Notes: generated by a model not told the origin, from the sequence alone. Shown: positions 37,703-48,085, counted from the first letter of the stretch. The stretch: 64,000 nucleotides of DNA from Fibrobacterales bacterium (GCA_051532035.1 JAOPTW010000008.1:96001-160000), one strand, 5' to 3'. Translations and numbers: made by a program.

Positions 37703-38278
37703 ATGACTGCTCAACCGCCTATACACACACTCCTCTTGATTCTCTGGATGGCTCTGTCACTCAGCATTTTTAATGGGTGTTCGTTTCATAAACGACGCGG
37801 GTATGATAGATCGATTGCCGCCTACCCAACCCCCAGTTACAAAGGGTACAAGAACAGCAAAACAGTTAAGAGTAAAGCAGTAACGGGCAAAAAGAAACCC
37901 CGGCGCAAGAATGTAACGCAAAGCGGAACACTTGCGGCAATTATTAAGCCCTGGCTTGGTACTCCCTATCTCTTTGGAGGAGAGTCAAAACGAGGGGTTG
38001 ACTGTTCAGCTTTTGTCATGCATGTCTTTAGAAAGTACCGCGGCATAAACCTTCCCCATAGCACTCGTCAAACGTTTAAAATGGGCAAGAAAATTGCTAA
38101 ATCTGATCTAAAGAAAGGTGATGTCATCTTTTTTGGCAACTGGATCGGTGTAAATCATAGCGCCATCTATATGGGTAATGGCACCTTTGCACACGCCTCC
38201 TCCTCACGAGGGGTAATCTACACAAAAATGAGTAGCACTTACTGGGCACCAAAATATAAGGGAGCACGAAGATATTGA
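37703..38278 (+). CDS. NlpC/P60 family lipoprotein (peptidoglycan endopeptidase)
   Basis: Lipobox FNGC; GTPY.FGG, DCS, H..IY and HAS motifs. Confidence 0.9.
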   Translation: MTAQPPIHTLLLILWMALSLSIFNGCSFHKRRGYDRSIAAYPTPSYKGYKNSKTVKSKAVTGKKKPRRKNVTQSGTLAAIIKPWLGTPYLFGGESKRGVDCSAFVMHVFRKYRGINLPHSTRQTFKMGKKIAKSDLKKGDVIFFGNWIGVNHSAIYMGNGTFAHASSSRGVIYTKMSSTYWAPKYKGARRY

Positions 38279-39132
38279 GTAAACAACGCGTAGCATTTCA
38301 GGGGCGACCTGGCGCATATAGTGAAAGTGCCTGTTACCACCTTTGTGGAAGAGACATAGAAATAGTACCCTGCAATTTTTTTGAAGAGATCTATGAAGCG
38401 GTTCGTGATGGAAAGGCTGATTACGGCGTTATCCCAATTGAGAACACCACAACTGGTTCAGTCTATCAAAATTACACACACCTGCTCCACTATAAAATCC
38501 CTATTGTCGGTGAAGTAAAACTCCGCATAGAGCATACCCTCATGGCGCACGCAGGAGCAACGATTGACTCCCTTCGCCAAGTACTCTCACACGAACAAGC
38601 CATTGGCCAGTGTAGCTCTCTTTTTATTGAGCATCCACACATCGCAGCAAAAGCAACCTTTGATACGGCGGGTAGCGCCGAAATGATCGCCAAAGAACAT
38701 GACTTAACCTTAGGCGCCATTGCCAGTGGCCTCGCGGCAAAAAAATATGGGCTTGAGATTTTAAAGCGCAATGTAGAGAATCAAGGTGCAACCAACTACA
38801 CACGATTTGTTGGTATTCAGCGTAAAGCCATTGATCTTACAGGGATATCAGAAACGAAAACCACCATTGTCTATACCCCCAAAGAGGATCACCCAGGGCT
38901 TCTTCATGAAGTACTCGGACTTTTTGCAGACAACAATGTCGACTTAGTTAAAATCGAATCACGCCCTAAACCAGGCAACCCTTTTGAATACATTTTTCAC
39001 TTGGACCTTAAAGGCGATACCACTCAACAGCCCGTATGTCAGGCTATAGAACAACTTAAAACTCTTGCAGAAGAGGTTCATATTTTGGGTTCATACCCCA
39101 CAGGTGAATTTAAACAATTGATTGAGGAATAG
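38275..39132 (+). CDS. pheA: Prephenate dehydratase
   Basis: QG..GAYS, PIEN...G, SH.QA..QC, N.TRF and ACT-domain IESRP motifs. Confidence 0.93.
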   Translation: MSKQRVAFQGRPGAYSESACYHLCGRDIEIVPCNFFEEIYEAVRDGKADYGVIPIENTTTGSVYQNYTHLLHYKIPIVGEVKLRIEHTLMAHAGATIDSLRQVLSHEQAIGQCSSLFIEHPHIAAKATFDTAGSAEMIAKEHDLTLGAIASGLAAKKYGLEILKRNVENQGATNYTRFVGIQRKAIDLTGISETKTTIVYTPKEDHPGLLHEVLGLFADNNVDLVKIESRPKPGNPFEYIFHLDLKGDTTQQPVCQAIEQLKTLAEEVHILGSYPTGEFKQLIEE

Positions 39133-39852
39133 ATGACCCGTATAGATAACCGCACCAACGACCAACTCAGAAACATAAATATTATAGAGAACTTTGTATC
39201 CTGTGCCGAAGGATCCTATCTGATAGAAGTAGGGCGTACTCGTGTGCTCTGTAACGCTTCTATCGAATCAAAGGTTCCACGATGGCTCGAAGGAAAAGGT
39301 AAAGGATGGGTTACTGCAGAATATAGTCTTCTCCCACGATCGACTGATAGTCGTGTACAACGTGAACGCAAGTCGGTATCAGGAAGAACTCAAGAGATTC
39401 AACGCCTTATTGGTCGTTCTCTCAGAGCCATAACCGACCTCGAAGCTCTTGGTGAACATTCGATTATCATTGACTGTGATGTACTCGAAGCTGATGGGGG
39501 CACCAGAACCGCTTCTATCGTAGCAGCCTTTATGGCTCTCGCTCAAGCGATTAAGATTATTAAATCTGAAGAGGGTATCGAAAAACAGATTTTAAAAAAG
39601 TGGGTCACCGCTGTCTCTGTTGGCATTCTTGATGGCACTCCGATTCTCGACCTCAACTACCCAGAAGACTCAAAAGCCGAAGTAGATATGAATGTTGTAT
39701 TTGCTGATGGCACTGATCTTATTGAAGTACAAGGTACTGGTGAAGAGTCTACCTTTACCCGTGCAGAGCTCAGCCTCCTTCTCGACCTTGCAGAGAAAGG
39801 GTGTGGAGAACTCATGGAAATCCAAAAGAAGTATGTGGGCGAATTACCATAA
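39133..39852 (+). CDS. rph: Ribonuclease PH
   Basis: GWVTAEYS.LP, GRT.EIQRLIGRSLR, ADGGTRTA and EVQGTGE motifs. Confidence 0.96.
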   Translation: MTRIDNRTNDQLRNINIIENFVSCAEGSYLIEVGRTRVLCNASIESKVPRWLEGKGKGWVTAEYSLLPRSTDSRVQRERKSVSGRTQEIQRLIGRSLRAITDLEALGEHSIIIDCDVLEADGGTRTASIVAAFMALAQAIKIIKSEEGIEKQILKKWVTAVSVGILDGTPILDLNYPEDSKAEVDMNVVFADGTDLIEVQGTGEESTFTRAELSLLLDLAEKGCGELMEIQKKYVGELP

Positions 39853-39909
39853 CCGTTCATAGTACTTTGATGCAGTACCCCAATAACAGTCTTAACCTTT
39901 AGCAATTAC

Positions 39910-40737
39910 CTAAGGGTTAAAGACTGCTGTTATATTTACTCCTAATGACGCTGCACTTTTGTTCGCATCATTTTCCATAATCACTGTGATATCATCAAGT
40001 GACGCACCCAGTGTAATTCTATCATTCAATTTATAATAACTCTTTACTGACCCTGTTGTTGTCTCATAGAACAGAGGCTTTGGCCCTTCATAAGATGTAG
40101 ACTCTATCCCAAGGACAATAACCCATGGGAGTATACCTGGCTTAGGTCGTATTGACACAGCAATTCCGAAAGTAACATTGTCATTTTCACCCCAAGAGGT
40201 AGAATCAACAGGGGCTCCATCTGGATTATCATAGAGAAATATATCGCTGTATGTTGCTTCATGCCCGCTATAATGCATCCAATAGTCAGAAGAACCAATT
40301 CCAAGAAATGAGTGTATCCCTAAATATGTCCACTGCAATCCACCTTCGACCCCCCATTCCCAAAACCAACCCTCATTTGACATTCCTACATTCCAGAACC
40401 CTCCATACAAATGCCCTTTTTCTGCAACGCCAGCTTTTAGAGTCGCACTCGCTGCTAAAAAACTCCCTTCTACTGTCATATTATTGTCTCTACCAGAAAC
40501 CACTGTATCCTGATCGTCATGCTGATATGGGACGGTACCTATAAATTCTGATTCAGAATTTGCACCAAAATTAGCAGACATAGAGATATAATTTTTTTGT
40601 TCAAGAATCGAATGGTAGTTATGTGAATGAGGAAGTGACACTTTTGCATCAAGTGAGTCGACGGTCAATTTATTTCGTGTCACACTGCATCCAAAACACA
40701 GAAGAGTAAGTGCAAGTATGAGAATACTATACTTCAT
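39910..40737 (-). CDS. Hypothetical outer-membrane lipoprotein / beta-rich protein
   Basis: Lipobox-like FGC; aromatic- and Gly-rich beta-strand pattern. Confidence 0.55.
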   Translation of the reverse strand: MKYSILILALTLLCFGCSVTRNKLTVDSLDAKVSLPHSHNYHSILEQKNYISMSANFGANSESEFIGTVPYQHDDQDTVVSGRDNNMTVEGSFLAASATLKAGVAEKGHLYGGFWNVGMSNEGWFWEWGVEGGLQWTYLGIHSFLGIGSSDYWMHYSGHEATYSDIFLYDNPDGAPVDSTSWGENDNVTFGIAVSIRPKPGILPWVIVLGIESTSYEGPKPLFYETTTGSVKSYYKLNDRITLGASLDDITVIMENDANKSAASLGVNITAVFNP

Positions 40738-40748
40738 TTTTAATAAAC

Positions 40749-41099
40749 CTACTGTAACTTCTCATTATTTTTATGACGATCTTTGTCACGAGAATAGCGT
40801 TTATCCATTCCCTTCTGCCATGCTTCGGAAAGATCTACACCTGTTTGATTTGCTATACAAGTAAGTACGAACATGATGTCCGATATTTCATCACCAATAT
40901 TTTTGCCCAGATCGGACTTTTTGAAACTTTGATCACCATAAGTGCGTGACATAAGCCGCGCGAGCTCCCCCACCTCTTCGGTGAGGATGGTCATATTAGT
41001 GAGTTCACTAAAATACCGAACTCCAATTTTTTCAATCCAAGCTTGAACATCCTCTTGCATTGGCTGTAGATCTATCAGTTTTTGTTCAGCGTCACTCAT
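40749..41099 (-). CDS. MazG-like nucleotide pyrophosphohydrolase (YpjD-like)
   Basis: LTEEVGELAR...YG.QSFK and E..D..FVL.C.ANQ motifs. Confidence 0.88.
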   Translation of the reverse strand: MSDAEQKLIDLQPMQEDVQAWIEKIGVRYFSELTNMTILTEEVGELARLMSRTYGDQSFKKSDLGKNIGDEISDIMFVLTCIANQTGVDLSEAWQKGMDKRYSRDKDRHKNNEKLQ

Positions 41100-42799
41100 G
41101 GTTCAATCCAACGTCCATGATCTTTGATAAGGGTAATCAATTCCTCAACTGCACCTTCGGTATCAATACCTTTTTTAACGACCTCTTGACCAACATAGAG
41201 ATTGACTTTCCCCGGTCCTGCACCAACATACCCAAAATCGGCATCAGCCATTTCGCCTGGGCCATTTACAATACACCCCATAACAGCGATGGCAACATCT
41301 TTAAGGTGGGACGTGCGCGCTTTAACCCGCTTGTTTGTTTCTTCGAGTTCAAAAAGCGTCCGGCCACAGCCTGGGCACGAAATAAATTCAGTTTTTGTTC
41401 TGCGCATTCCTGCAGCTTGGAGAATATCAAAACTATACTCCACCGATGCTTTAATATCGTTCCCTAAATTAAGGAGCACTGCATCGCCAAGTCCATCAAT
41501 AAGGAGAGATCCTAGCTGTGCGGCAACGAGCAGTCTATCACGCTCAGATTCCCCTGTTGCCATGCGTAGCAGTATCGGGTCTTTGCGGTTATAAGTTTCT
41601 AAATACCCCGCGATAGCTCTATAAGCAGAAACGGGATTCTCTTTACCAATATATGACCAAATTGACGAACCAATCTGATCACTTTTTAGTGTAAGGAGCT
41701 CTGACACCGTTTCAATTTGCTGTTCTGGCAAAGAGAGCTCTTCAATTGAAAATTCTGGAGAACGTCCTGTCTCATCGTCTAGAGATGCATTCACCCCCAC
41801 AAGAATCTGATTTGAACCACCCAGTGTATGATCACCAACACGTATTTCTGCACTTTCACGGCGCTGATAATGGTACGGATCTTTTTTCCACTCAATTGCA
41901 GCATCAACACCATCTACTTTACACACTTCAACAAGTGTTTCGGCAACCGGTATTTCGTTTACGGGATTTTCTGTCAGTGAAACACGAACCGTATCTCCAA
42001 GACCATCAAGAAGAAGAGCGCCAATACCTACGGATGATTTCACACGGCCATCTTGACCCTCACCTGCTTCGGTTACCCCAACATGTAGTGGATACTCTTT
42101 CATGCCCGCCTCTTTGAGACGTGCCACTAAAAGGCGATAGGCTGTTACGACTATTTTTGCGCTTGATGCTTTAAGAGAGACAACTAATTGATCAAAATCC
42201 TCTTCTTCACAGAGTGTTATATACTCTAAAGCAGACTCAACCATACCCTCTATAGTATCACCAAATTTATTGAGCATACGTGCCGAAAGGGAACCATGAT
42301 TGACTCCTATTCTGAGGGATACACCACGCTCTTTAGCTGCATCAAGAAGTGGTTTAAGAGCCTCTTTAGCAAGAATTCTTCCCTGCTTAAACTCCTCTTC
42401 GCTGAACTCTCTTAGATTCTTAATCCCTTTATCGACAAAGTTACCCGGATTGATCCGTACCTTATCAACCCACTTAACTGCTTCATAAGCTGCTTTGGGT
42501 TGAAAGTGAATATCGGCAGAGACTGGAATAGTACATCCCGCTTCACGCACGAGACGCATGGTCTCTTCAAGAGTTTTCGCGTCTTTAACTGTAGGTATGG
42601 TTATACGCACCAAACTACAGCCCGCTTTCCAGAGGTCAAGCACTTGGGCAGCGGTCGCTTGTGAATCACTACTTGGTGTAGTAGTCATAGATTGCACTAA
42701 AACAGGGCTACCCCCACCAATAATATCATTGCCCACAGTAACCGGGATAGTATTCCGGCGGATGGGACTTAATCTATTTGAAACATATGCATTTTTCAT
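41096..42799 (-). CDS. ispG: HMBPP synthase IspG (long form with insertion domain)
   Basis: QSMT, ADIHF, RINPGN, RIGVN.GSL, CP.CGR and MGCIVNGPGE motifs. ATG at 42799 preferred. Confidence 0.95.
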   Translation of the reverse strand: MKNAYVSNRLSPIRRNTIPVTVGNDIIGGGSPVLVQSMTTTPSSDSQATAAQVLDLWKAGCSLVRITIPTVKDAKTLEETMRLVREAGCTIPVSADIHFQPKAAYEAVKWVDKVRINPGNFVDKGIKNLREFSEEEFKQGRILAKEALKPLLDAAKERGVSLRIGVNHGSLSARMLNKFGDTIEGMVESALEYITLCEEEDFDQLVVSLKASSAKIVVTAYRLLVARLKEAGMKEYPLHVGVTEAGEGQDGRVKSSVGIGALLLDGLGDTVRVSLTENPVNEIPVAETLVEVCKVDGVDAAIEWKKDPYHYQRRESAEIRVGDHTLGGSNQILVGVNASLDDETGRSPEFSIEELSLPEQQIETVSELLTLKSDQIGSSIWSYIGKENPVSAYRAIAGYLETYNRKDPILLRMATGESERDRLLVAAQLGSLLIDGLGDAVLLNLGNDIKASVEYSFDILQAAGMRRTKTEFISCPGCGRTLFELEETNKRVKARTSHLKDVAIAVMGCIVNGPGEMADADFGYVGAGPGKVNLYVGQEVVKKGIDTEGAVEELITLIKDHGRWIEP

Positions 42800-42911
42800 A
42801 GCACTAAATATAGTCACTATTCAAATGATATCACCCACTGCCCCCCCATAATCACAACCCTGAACTCCATATTTACCGACTGAAAAAAAGACAATTAGCT
42901 ATATTAGTCCT

Positions 42912-43895
42912 ATGAAGATTTCTGACAAAAATTTAGGGTATCTCACCTTTTGGGCACTTGTTGCCACTTTATGCTGGATTACCTTTGCCATGTATGCCAA
43001 AAGCAGCAGTACCGTTAATCAATTAACCCTGATTTTTAACGATGTTGGCACCCTCAGACCACAAGACCCCATTACAAAACAGGGAATGGTCATAGGATCT
43101 GTCACCTCAATCGATTACTTTGATAAAAGTGCCAAAGTGGTGATTAGTTTCGACAATCCACTCCTTTTAAGAGCAGGAACTCAATTCATCAACTACAACT
43201 ATAGCTTGATGGGTGAACGCCGTATAAAAGTCATCCCCAGTGACACCGGCGAATATCTTACACCAGAAAGTCAAATTAAAGGAGAATTTGAAAAGGGCAT
43301 TGCAGAGACCATGCACCAATTGGCTGACCTCAATGAACAGATCACCCTGATTCGCAACTTCATATTACTCCTGCATTCAGGCAATAACGAAACCCCTCCC
43401 CTTTTTAAAAAGGTTTTTACTGAGCTCTCAAAAACTGAAGCACTCATAGAAACAATACATGTTCAATTTAATACACTGCAGCCAAAGCTCTTGTCGACTA
43501 TTGACCAGGCCAATGCCCTCACTCAAACAGGAATGGAGATCATTGATACAGCAACTATAGTAATAACAAAACTTTCTCAAAAATCCCAAGAGCTCATAGG
43601 AAGTGCAAACGAATCGATCCACACTGTTTCAGTTACCGTCGACACCCTCCAATCTCGTCTGACCACCATTGAAGAGATGGGAATCCTCACTAACGACTCT
43701 CTTTTTCAAGGAATCTATCTTGTGATTGATGGCCTCAACACAACTCTCGCAGCCATAACCAATAACGGAGTTGGATTGACTGACAGCACTGGTCAATCCG
43801 TAGGGATATTTAGCTTTTCAAACCTCAACATCCTCGGTGAAACCGCTCGTGAGAAACGTGCTAAAAAATCAAAAAATAACTCAATGAGTCAATAA
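42912..43895 (+). CDS. MlaD/MCE family protein
   Basis: N-terminal TM, F.DVG.L...DP....G..IG.V and SLMGE motifs, then a helical tail. Confidence 0.8.
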   Translation: MKISDKNLGYLTFWALVATLCWITFAMYAKSSSTVNQLTLIFNDVGTLRPQDPITKQGMVIGSVTSIDYFDKSAKVVISFDNPLLLRAGTQFINYNYSLMGERRIKVIPSDTGEYLTPESQIKGEFEKGIAETMHQLADLNEQITLIRNFILLLHSGNNETPPLFKKVFTELSKTEALIETIHVQFNTLQPKLLSTIDQANALTQTGMEIIDTATIVITKLSQKSQELIGSANESIHTVSVTVDTLQSRLTTIEEMGILTNDSLFQGIYLVIDGLNTTLAAITNNGVGLTDSTGQSVGIFSFSNLNILGETAREKRAKKSKNNSMSQ

Positions 43896-43945
43896 CCCAT
43901 CCGTCCTCTTTTTTTATCATTTTATATGATTTAAAACAAAAACTG

Positions 43946-43974
43946 TTGACTGCCACTTTTTTATGAATTATATT
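43946..43974 (+). promoter_or_regulatory. sigma70 promoter of tRNA-Asn
   Basis: TTGACT-N17-TATATT. Confidence 0.75.
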
Positions 43975-43991
43975 TGCTCTACCAAAAATGA

Positions 43992-44064
43992 TGCTCCTTA
44001 GCTCAGTTGGTAGAGCAAACGACTGTTAATCGTTCGGTCCTTGGTTCGAGTCCAAGAGGAGCAG
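43992..44064 (+). tRNA. tRNA-Asn (GTT), CCA not encoded
   Basis: Cloverleaf: acceptor TGCTCCT/AGGAGCA, D arm GCTC/GAGC, anticodon AACGA-CTGTTAA-TCGTT, T loop TTCGAGT. Confidence 0.97.
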
Positions 44065-44070
44065 CTTTTT

Positions 44071-44100
44071 AAAGCCTAATCGCAAGATTAGGCTTTTTTT
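44071..44100 (+). terminator. Intrinsic terminator after tRNA
   Basis: AAAGCCTAATC-GCAA-GATTAGGCTTTTTTT. Confidence 0.88.
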
Positions 44101-44150
44101 GTGCCCTCTTTTAAAACCTTACTTTAATTTCCTATTACAAATGACGAAAT

Positions 44151-44177
44151 AAAAAAACTCTCGCGAGGAGAGTTTTT
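44151..44177 (-). terminator. Intrinsic terminator downstream of obgE
   Basis: AAAAACTCTC-GCGAG-GAGAGTTTTT inverted repeat. Confidence 0.65.
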
Positions 44178-44261
44178 GATATTTACAATTTTAGATGTAT
44201 CATATTGAAAAAGAACAGGAGTAAACAACAGGTTCACTCCACAGAAAACCAATAACAATCG

Positions 44262-45269
44262 TTACCAGTTGCCCTTCTCATTTTCCCAGTTGTCCCGCTG
44301 ATGAGGACGAACATGTTTGTCTAACGCTCTCACCAATGTTATGAGGCCTTTCTTTTCTACTGCTGAAGTGTAGATGAATTTCTCACCCGCATCTAAAAAC
44401 TTCTGCTGTGCAGATGCTTCACCCAAGTCACGCTTGTTCATCGCAATAACATAAGGCTTTTCGGCAAGCTTAGGGTGAAACTCTTCAAGCTCTTTACGAA
44501 GAGAGAGAAATTTTTCATAGGCATCGGGTTCATTTGAATCAATCACAAAAAGAAGTGAATAGGTTCGTTCAATATGCTTGAGGAACTGATGCCCAAGCCC
44601 TTTCCCTTGTGATGCACCATCAATAATACCCGGAATATCAGCAATAACAAAACTACTGTAATCGGTCGCTTGAACAATACCAAGAATCGGCTCGAGGGTT
44701 GTAAAAGGGTAGTCTCCCACTTTAGGGTGAGCACTTGAGACACAATTAACAAGAGAAGATTTGCCAGCATTGGGATACCCAACGAGGCCAACATCTGCCA
44801 TCATTTTTAGTTCAAGGAAAAGTTCATATTCTTCGCCAGGACGACCCGGTTGTGCTTTTTCGGGTGCTTGATTTTTTGAGCTCTTAAATGAAGCATTACC
44901 AAGTCCACCTTGACCACCTTTGGCCGCAAGGTATGATTGTCCTGCCTCTGTAAGGTCAGCTTTAATACGCCCTTCAGGGTCTTTTACGAGGGTTCCAGGA
45001 GGTACATAGATTATACGATCTTTACCCATTCTGCCTGATTTGTTTACCGTTCCACCAGGGACACCATCCTCGGCCTTAAAAACCCGAGAATACCCAATAT
45101 CAAGAAGGGTATTAAACTGTTCATTAACCACGAGAGTAACATCGCCGCCTTTTCCGCCGTTGCCGCCATCCGGACCACCGTATTGAATATACTTTTCACG
45201 TCGAAAACTCGACATTCCTTTACCGCCGTGACCGGATTCTACTTGAATTCTTATTTCATCTATTAACAT
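44262..45269 (-). CDS. obgE: GTPase ObgE/CgtA
   Basis: FRREKY...GGPDGG.GG, GYPNAGKS, YPFTT, DIPG and NKRD motifs. Confidence 0.97.
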   Translation of the reverse strand: MLIDEIRIQVESGHGGKGMSSFRREKYIQYGGPDGGNGGKGGDVTLVVNEQFNTLLDIGYSRVFKAEDGVPGGTVNKSGRMGKDRIIYVPPGTLVKDPEGRIKADLTEAGQSYLAAKGGQGGLGNASFKSSKNQAPEKAQPGRPGEEYELFLELKMMADVGLVGYPNAGKSSLVNCVSSAHPKVGDYPFTTLEPILGIVQATDYSSFVIADIPGIIDGASQGKGLGHQFLKHIERTYSLLFVIDSNEPDAYEKFLSLRKELEEFHPKLAEKPYVIAMNKRDLGEASAQQKFLDAGEKFIYTSAVEKKGLITLVRALDKHVRPHQRDNWENEKGNW

Positions 45270-45445
45270 AGGCTCTCTGTAGTTGAGGCGCTAAATGTAG
45301 AAAAATATAACGCAGGATGAAGGCAGAAGGGTGATCTCCCACTCAGATCATCATTTAATAACCATTATATCCCAAATAAACCCAATAGTTTATGAAGAAC
45401 CGTACGTTACAATGAAGCCATCACCCATTATATGAATGCAATAAA

Positions 45446-46795
45446 TTACTCACTATTATTATCTCGAAAAAGTCCACGAATACTCTCAAGGTCAATTTCA
45501 AGCTTAGTAATGCGATTGTGCATTGCGGTTCGGTTTATACCGATTGCTTGAGCCGCCTTGTTAACGCGGCCTTTATGCTCAGTCAGTTTTTGAATAAAGT
45601 ACCGCCGTTCCTGGGAGTAGAGATACTCTTTGAGGCCAGTATAATCAAGATTAAAAAGCAGTTCATTCGAAATGGGGTTCACGTATTGTGCAATTTCAAA
45701 TTCAGATATTTCAAGATCATCGGTCAAAGAAACCGCTCGGTGTACAATATTTTCGAGCTCCCGCACATTGCCCATAAAAGGGTGAGACTCAAGAAGCTTC
45801 CACGCCTCAGGAGACAGCTTGGCAATGTGATACTCATCGAATGCATATTTATCGAGAAAATGAGGTACCAGTGTATAGAGATCTTCTATTCTATCACGAA
45901 GCGGTGCAACAGATATCGGTATAACATTAAGTCTATAGTAGAGATCCTCACGGAAATTACCCTCTGCAATCTCTTTCTGGAGATCTTTATTCGTCGCACA
46001 GATAACGCGCACATCAACGGAGATATTTCGGTTCGACCCAATAGGGCGCACCTCTCCCTCTTGCAGTGCACGGAGTAATTTTGTCTGCATCGCCATAGGG
46101 AGGTCACCTATTTCATCTAAAAAAAGCACCCCACCATCCGCCTCTTCAAACATACCCGTTCTATCCATGGCGGCTCCAGTAAAGGCCCCTTTAACATGAC
46201 CAAAGAGCTCGCTTTCAAAAAGGTTCTCGGGGATAGCGCTACAATTTACCGTCACATAGATTGGCGAAAGGGAGGAAACAGCGCGAGCGACCAGCTCTTT
46301 TCCGGTACCATTTTCACCAGAGATCAATACATTTCCATTCGCCCGTGCCGCTTTGGTAATCAGGGTTCGCAACTTACCCGCAAGAGAAGATTTACCCACA
46401 ATATTTTCAAGATTTACTCTGAGGCGGTGATTGAGTGTAAAGAGATGCGTCACCTCTTTAAATGCCTCAAGGAAGCTCATGCTAATATCTTGTTTCGAGA
46501 GCAGAATAGAGATAGAGCGATGGCTCCTATCGAGAAGACCTTGCTGGGAAGTAAACCCAAGTATAATATGCATGGGGTCTAATATCTTGATCTTTTCGGC
46601 GCATTTAAGCCCCTGATTCTCCTCTATATCAAGGTCGATAATGGTCATATCGGGTCGGCTACTATTAAAATGGTGTAACCCACTCTGCACCGTCCTGAGC
46701 ACCTCAACATCACACTCAATTGAGGTCAGTATCAACTGAATATGCGGCGTCGCATACTTCTCATTTGATATGATCAATACTTTTTGTGGGTGCAT
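45446..46795 (-). CDS. sigma54-dependent enhancer-binding protein (receiver-like + AAA+ + HTH)
   Basis: GENGTGKE, ESELFGH..GAFTGA, LFLDEIG, FREDLYYRLNV and GNVREL motifs; C-terminal Fis-type HTH. Confidence 0.93.
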   Translation of the reverse strand: MHPQKVLIISNEKYATPHIQLILTSIECDVEVLRTVQSGLHHFNSSRPDMTIIDLDIEENQGLKCAEKIKILDPMHIILGFTSQQGLLDRSHRSISILLSKQDISMSFLEAFKEVTHLFTLNHRLRVNLENIVGKSSLAGKLRTLITKAARANGNVLISGENGTGKELVARAVSSLSPIYVTVNCSAIPENLFESELFGHVKGAFTGAAMDRTGMFEEADGGVLFLDEIGDLPMAMQTKLLRALQEGEVRPIGSNRNISVDVRVICATNKDLQKEIAEGNFREDLYYRLNVIPISVAPLRDRIEDLYTLVPHFLDKYAFDEYHIAKLSPEAWKLLESHPFMGNVRELENIVHRAVSLTDDLEISEFEIAQYVNPISNELLFNLDYTGLKEYLYSQERRYFIQKLTEHKGRVNKAAQAIGINRTAMHNRITKLEIDLESIRGLFRDNNSE

Positions 46796-46960
46796 CTATC
46801 TTCCCTGTTGAGAGTGATAGAGGAAATATAGAAATTACTTGGTTCTAATTAAGAAAGGTTCTCACAAGAATGCAAACTATTTAAGAGTTCTTTCTCGTTT
46901 TATACCCAAGCACACGCTTCATTACAAACCTATATCTTCATTTTTTACTATTATTGCCCT

Positions 46961-48085
46961 ATGCCAAATATTGATGAGTATACCCGATTTGGAGTAGATT
47001 TTTCTGCTCGTACCTGCAGAGAACCCTACGAGTTTTCTTCTTTTATGCTCGAAAAAGTCTCGCGTACTTTTGCCATTAACATCAAAGTACTCCCTTTCGC
47101 CCTCAGAAAACCGATTCTCTTGGCCTATCTTTTTTGCCGTATTGCAGATACTGTAGAAGACGACCCTGCAATGACTGGTCTCGAAAAAAAAGAGCACCTC
47201 GAACGTTTTAAAGATATTTTCGAAAACATTCATTCTCGTGATCATGCGCTTGCGGCTGCAGAAGTTTTTTCAAAAGCCCTCCCCGAAAGCTGGAAATCAG
47301 CAGAGAATCAAGACTATAGTCAAATTCTCTCCCTCTACACCCTCTGGCCCCTCGATTCATTTCTCAATCTCTCTGATGCAAATATACAGGGCATTAAAAA
47401 ATGGGTTCTTGAAATGTGTGATGGAATGATCACCTATGGGCTTAAAGAGCGAGATGCGGGTAAACTTATGTCACTCGCAACCCTTGATGAACTCGACGAG
47501 TACTGTTACTACGTTGCAGGCACTGTAGGATACATGCTGTGTGATCTGTTCTTAAACTACTCTCCTTTGATAACTGTAAAACGGTATGGCAAAATGAATA
47601 AACTTGCCAACTCTTTTGGACTCGGACTGCAACTCACCAATATCATAAAAGATGTTGCAGAAGATATGACCCGAGACATCTGCTTTGTTCCACAAGAACT
47701 TGCACAGAAACACACTATTTCGACTGATCAACTCCTTGACCCTGCCTATAAAAAGCAGTCACTCAATGTGATGCGCGACATGATAGAGAAAGCACTCGTT
47801 CACCTGGAAGACGCTGTTCACTACACCATGCTCTTACCACGCCTTGAACCTAAAATTCGACTTTTTTGTCTCTGGCCACTCTTTATGGCTTCTCAAACAC
47901 TCGTAAAGGCTTCTGAAGATTTTGAAAGCCTCCTTAACCCCGACATTAAACTTAAAATTACACGCCCTCAAGTAAAAAGCATAATTCTTAAAACAACACT
48001 GTTCAATTTCTCAAATCGATATATAAAAAGTCGGTTTGACCAAGAAAAAGCAATCATCATAGAAAACCTCAAAAAACACCGTTAA
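46961..48085 (+). CDS. Squalene/phytoene synthase family, single-enzyme squalene synthase (FdfT-like)
   Basis: VSRTFA, YL.CRIADTVEDD, YCYYVAGTVG, GLQLTNIIKD and FCLWPLFMA motifs. Confidence 0.85.
   Translation: MPNIDEYTRFGVDFSARTCREPYEFSSFMLEKVSRTFAINIKVLPFALRKPILLAYLFCRIADTVEDDPAMTGLEKKEHLERFKDIFENIHSRDHALAAAEVFSKALPESWKSAENQDYSQILSLYTLWPLDSFLNLSDANIQGIKKWVLEMCDGMITYGLKERDAGKLMSLATLDELDEYCYYVAGTVGYMLCDLFLNYSPLITVKRYGKMNKLANSFGLGLQLTNIIKDVAEDMTRDICFVPQELAQKHTISTDQLLDPAYKKQSLNVMRDMIEKALVHLEDAVHYTMLLPRLEPKIRLFCLWPLFMASQTLVKASEDFESLLNPDIKLKITRPQVKSIILKTTLFNFSNRYIKSRFDQEKAIIIENLKKHR

Noticed and set aside
43896..44261. Integrative element at tRNA-Asn
   Set aside because: No integrase, no duplicated tRNA 3' end seen, and the flanks are housekeeping genes.
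45518..46078. 186-aa + strand ORF
   Set aside because: Antisense shadow of the conserved sigma54 AAA+ domain, with no independent motifs.
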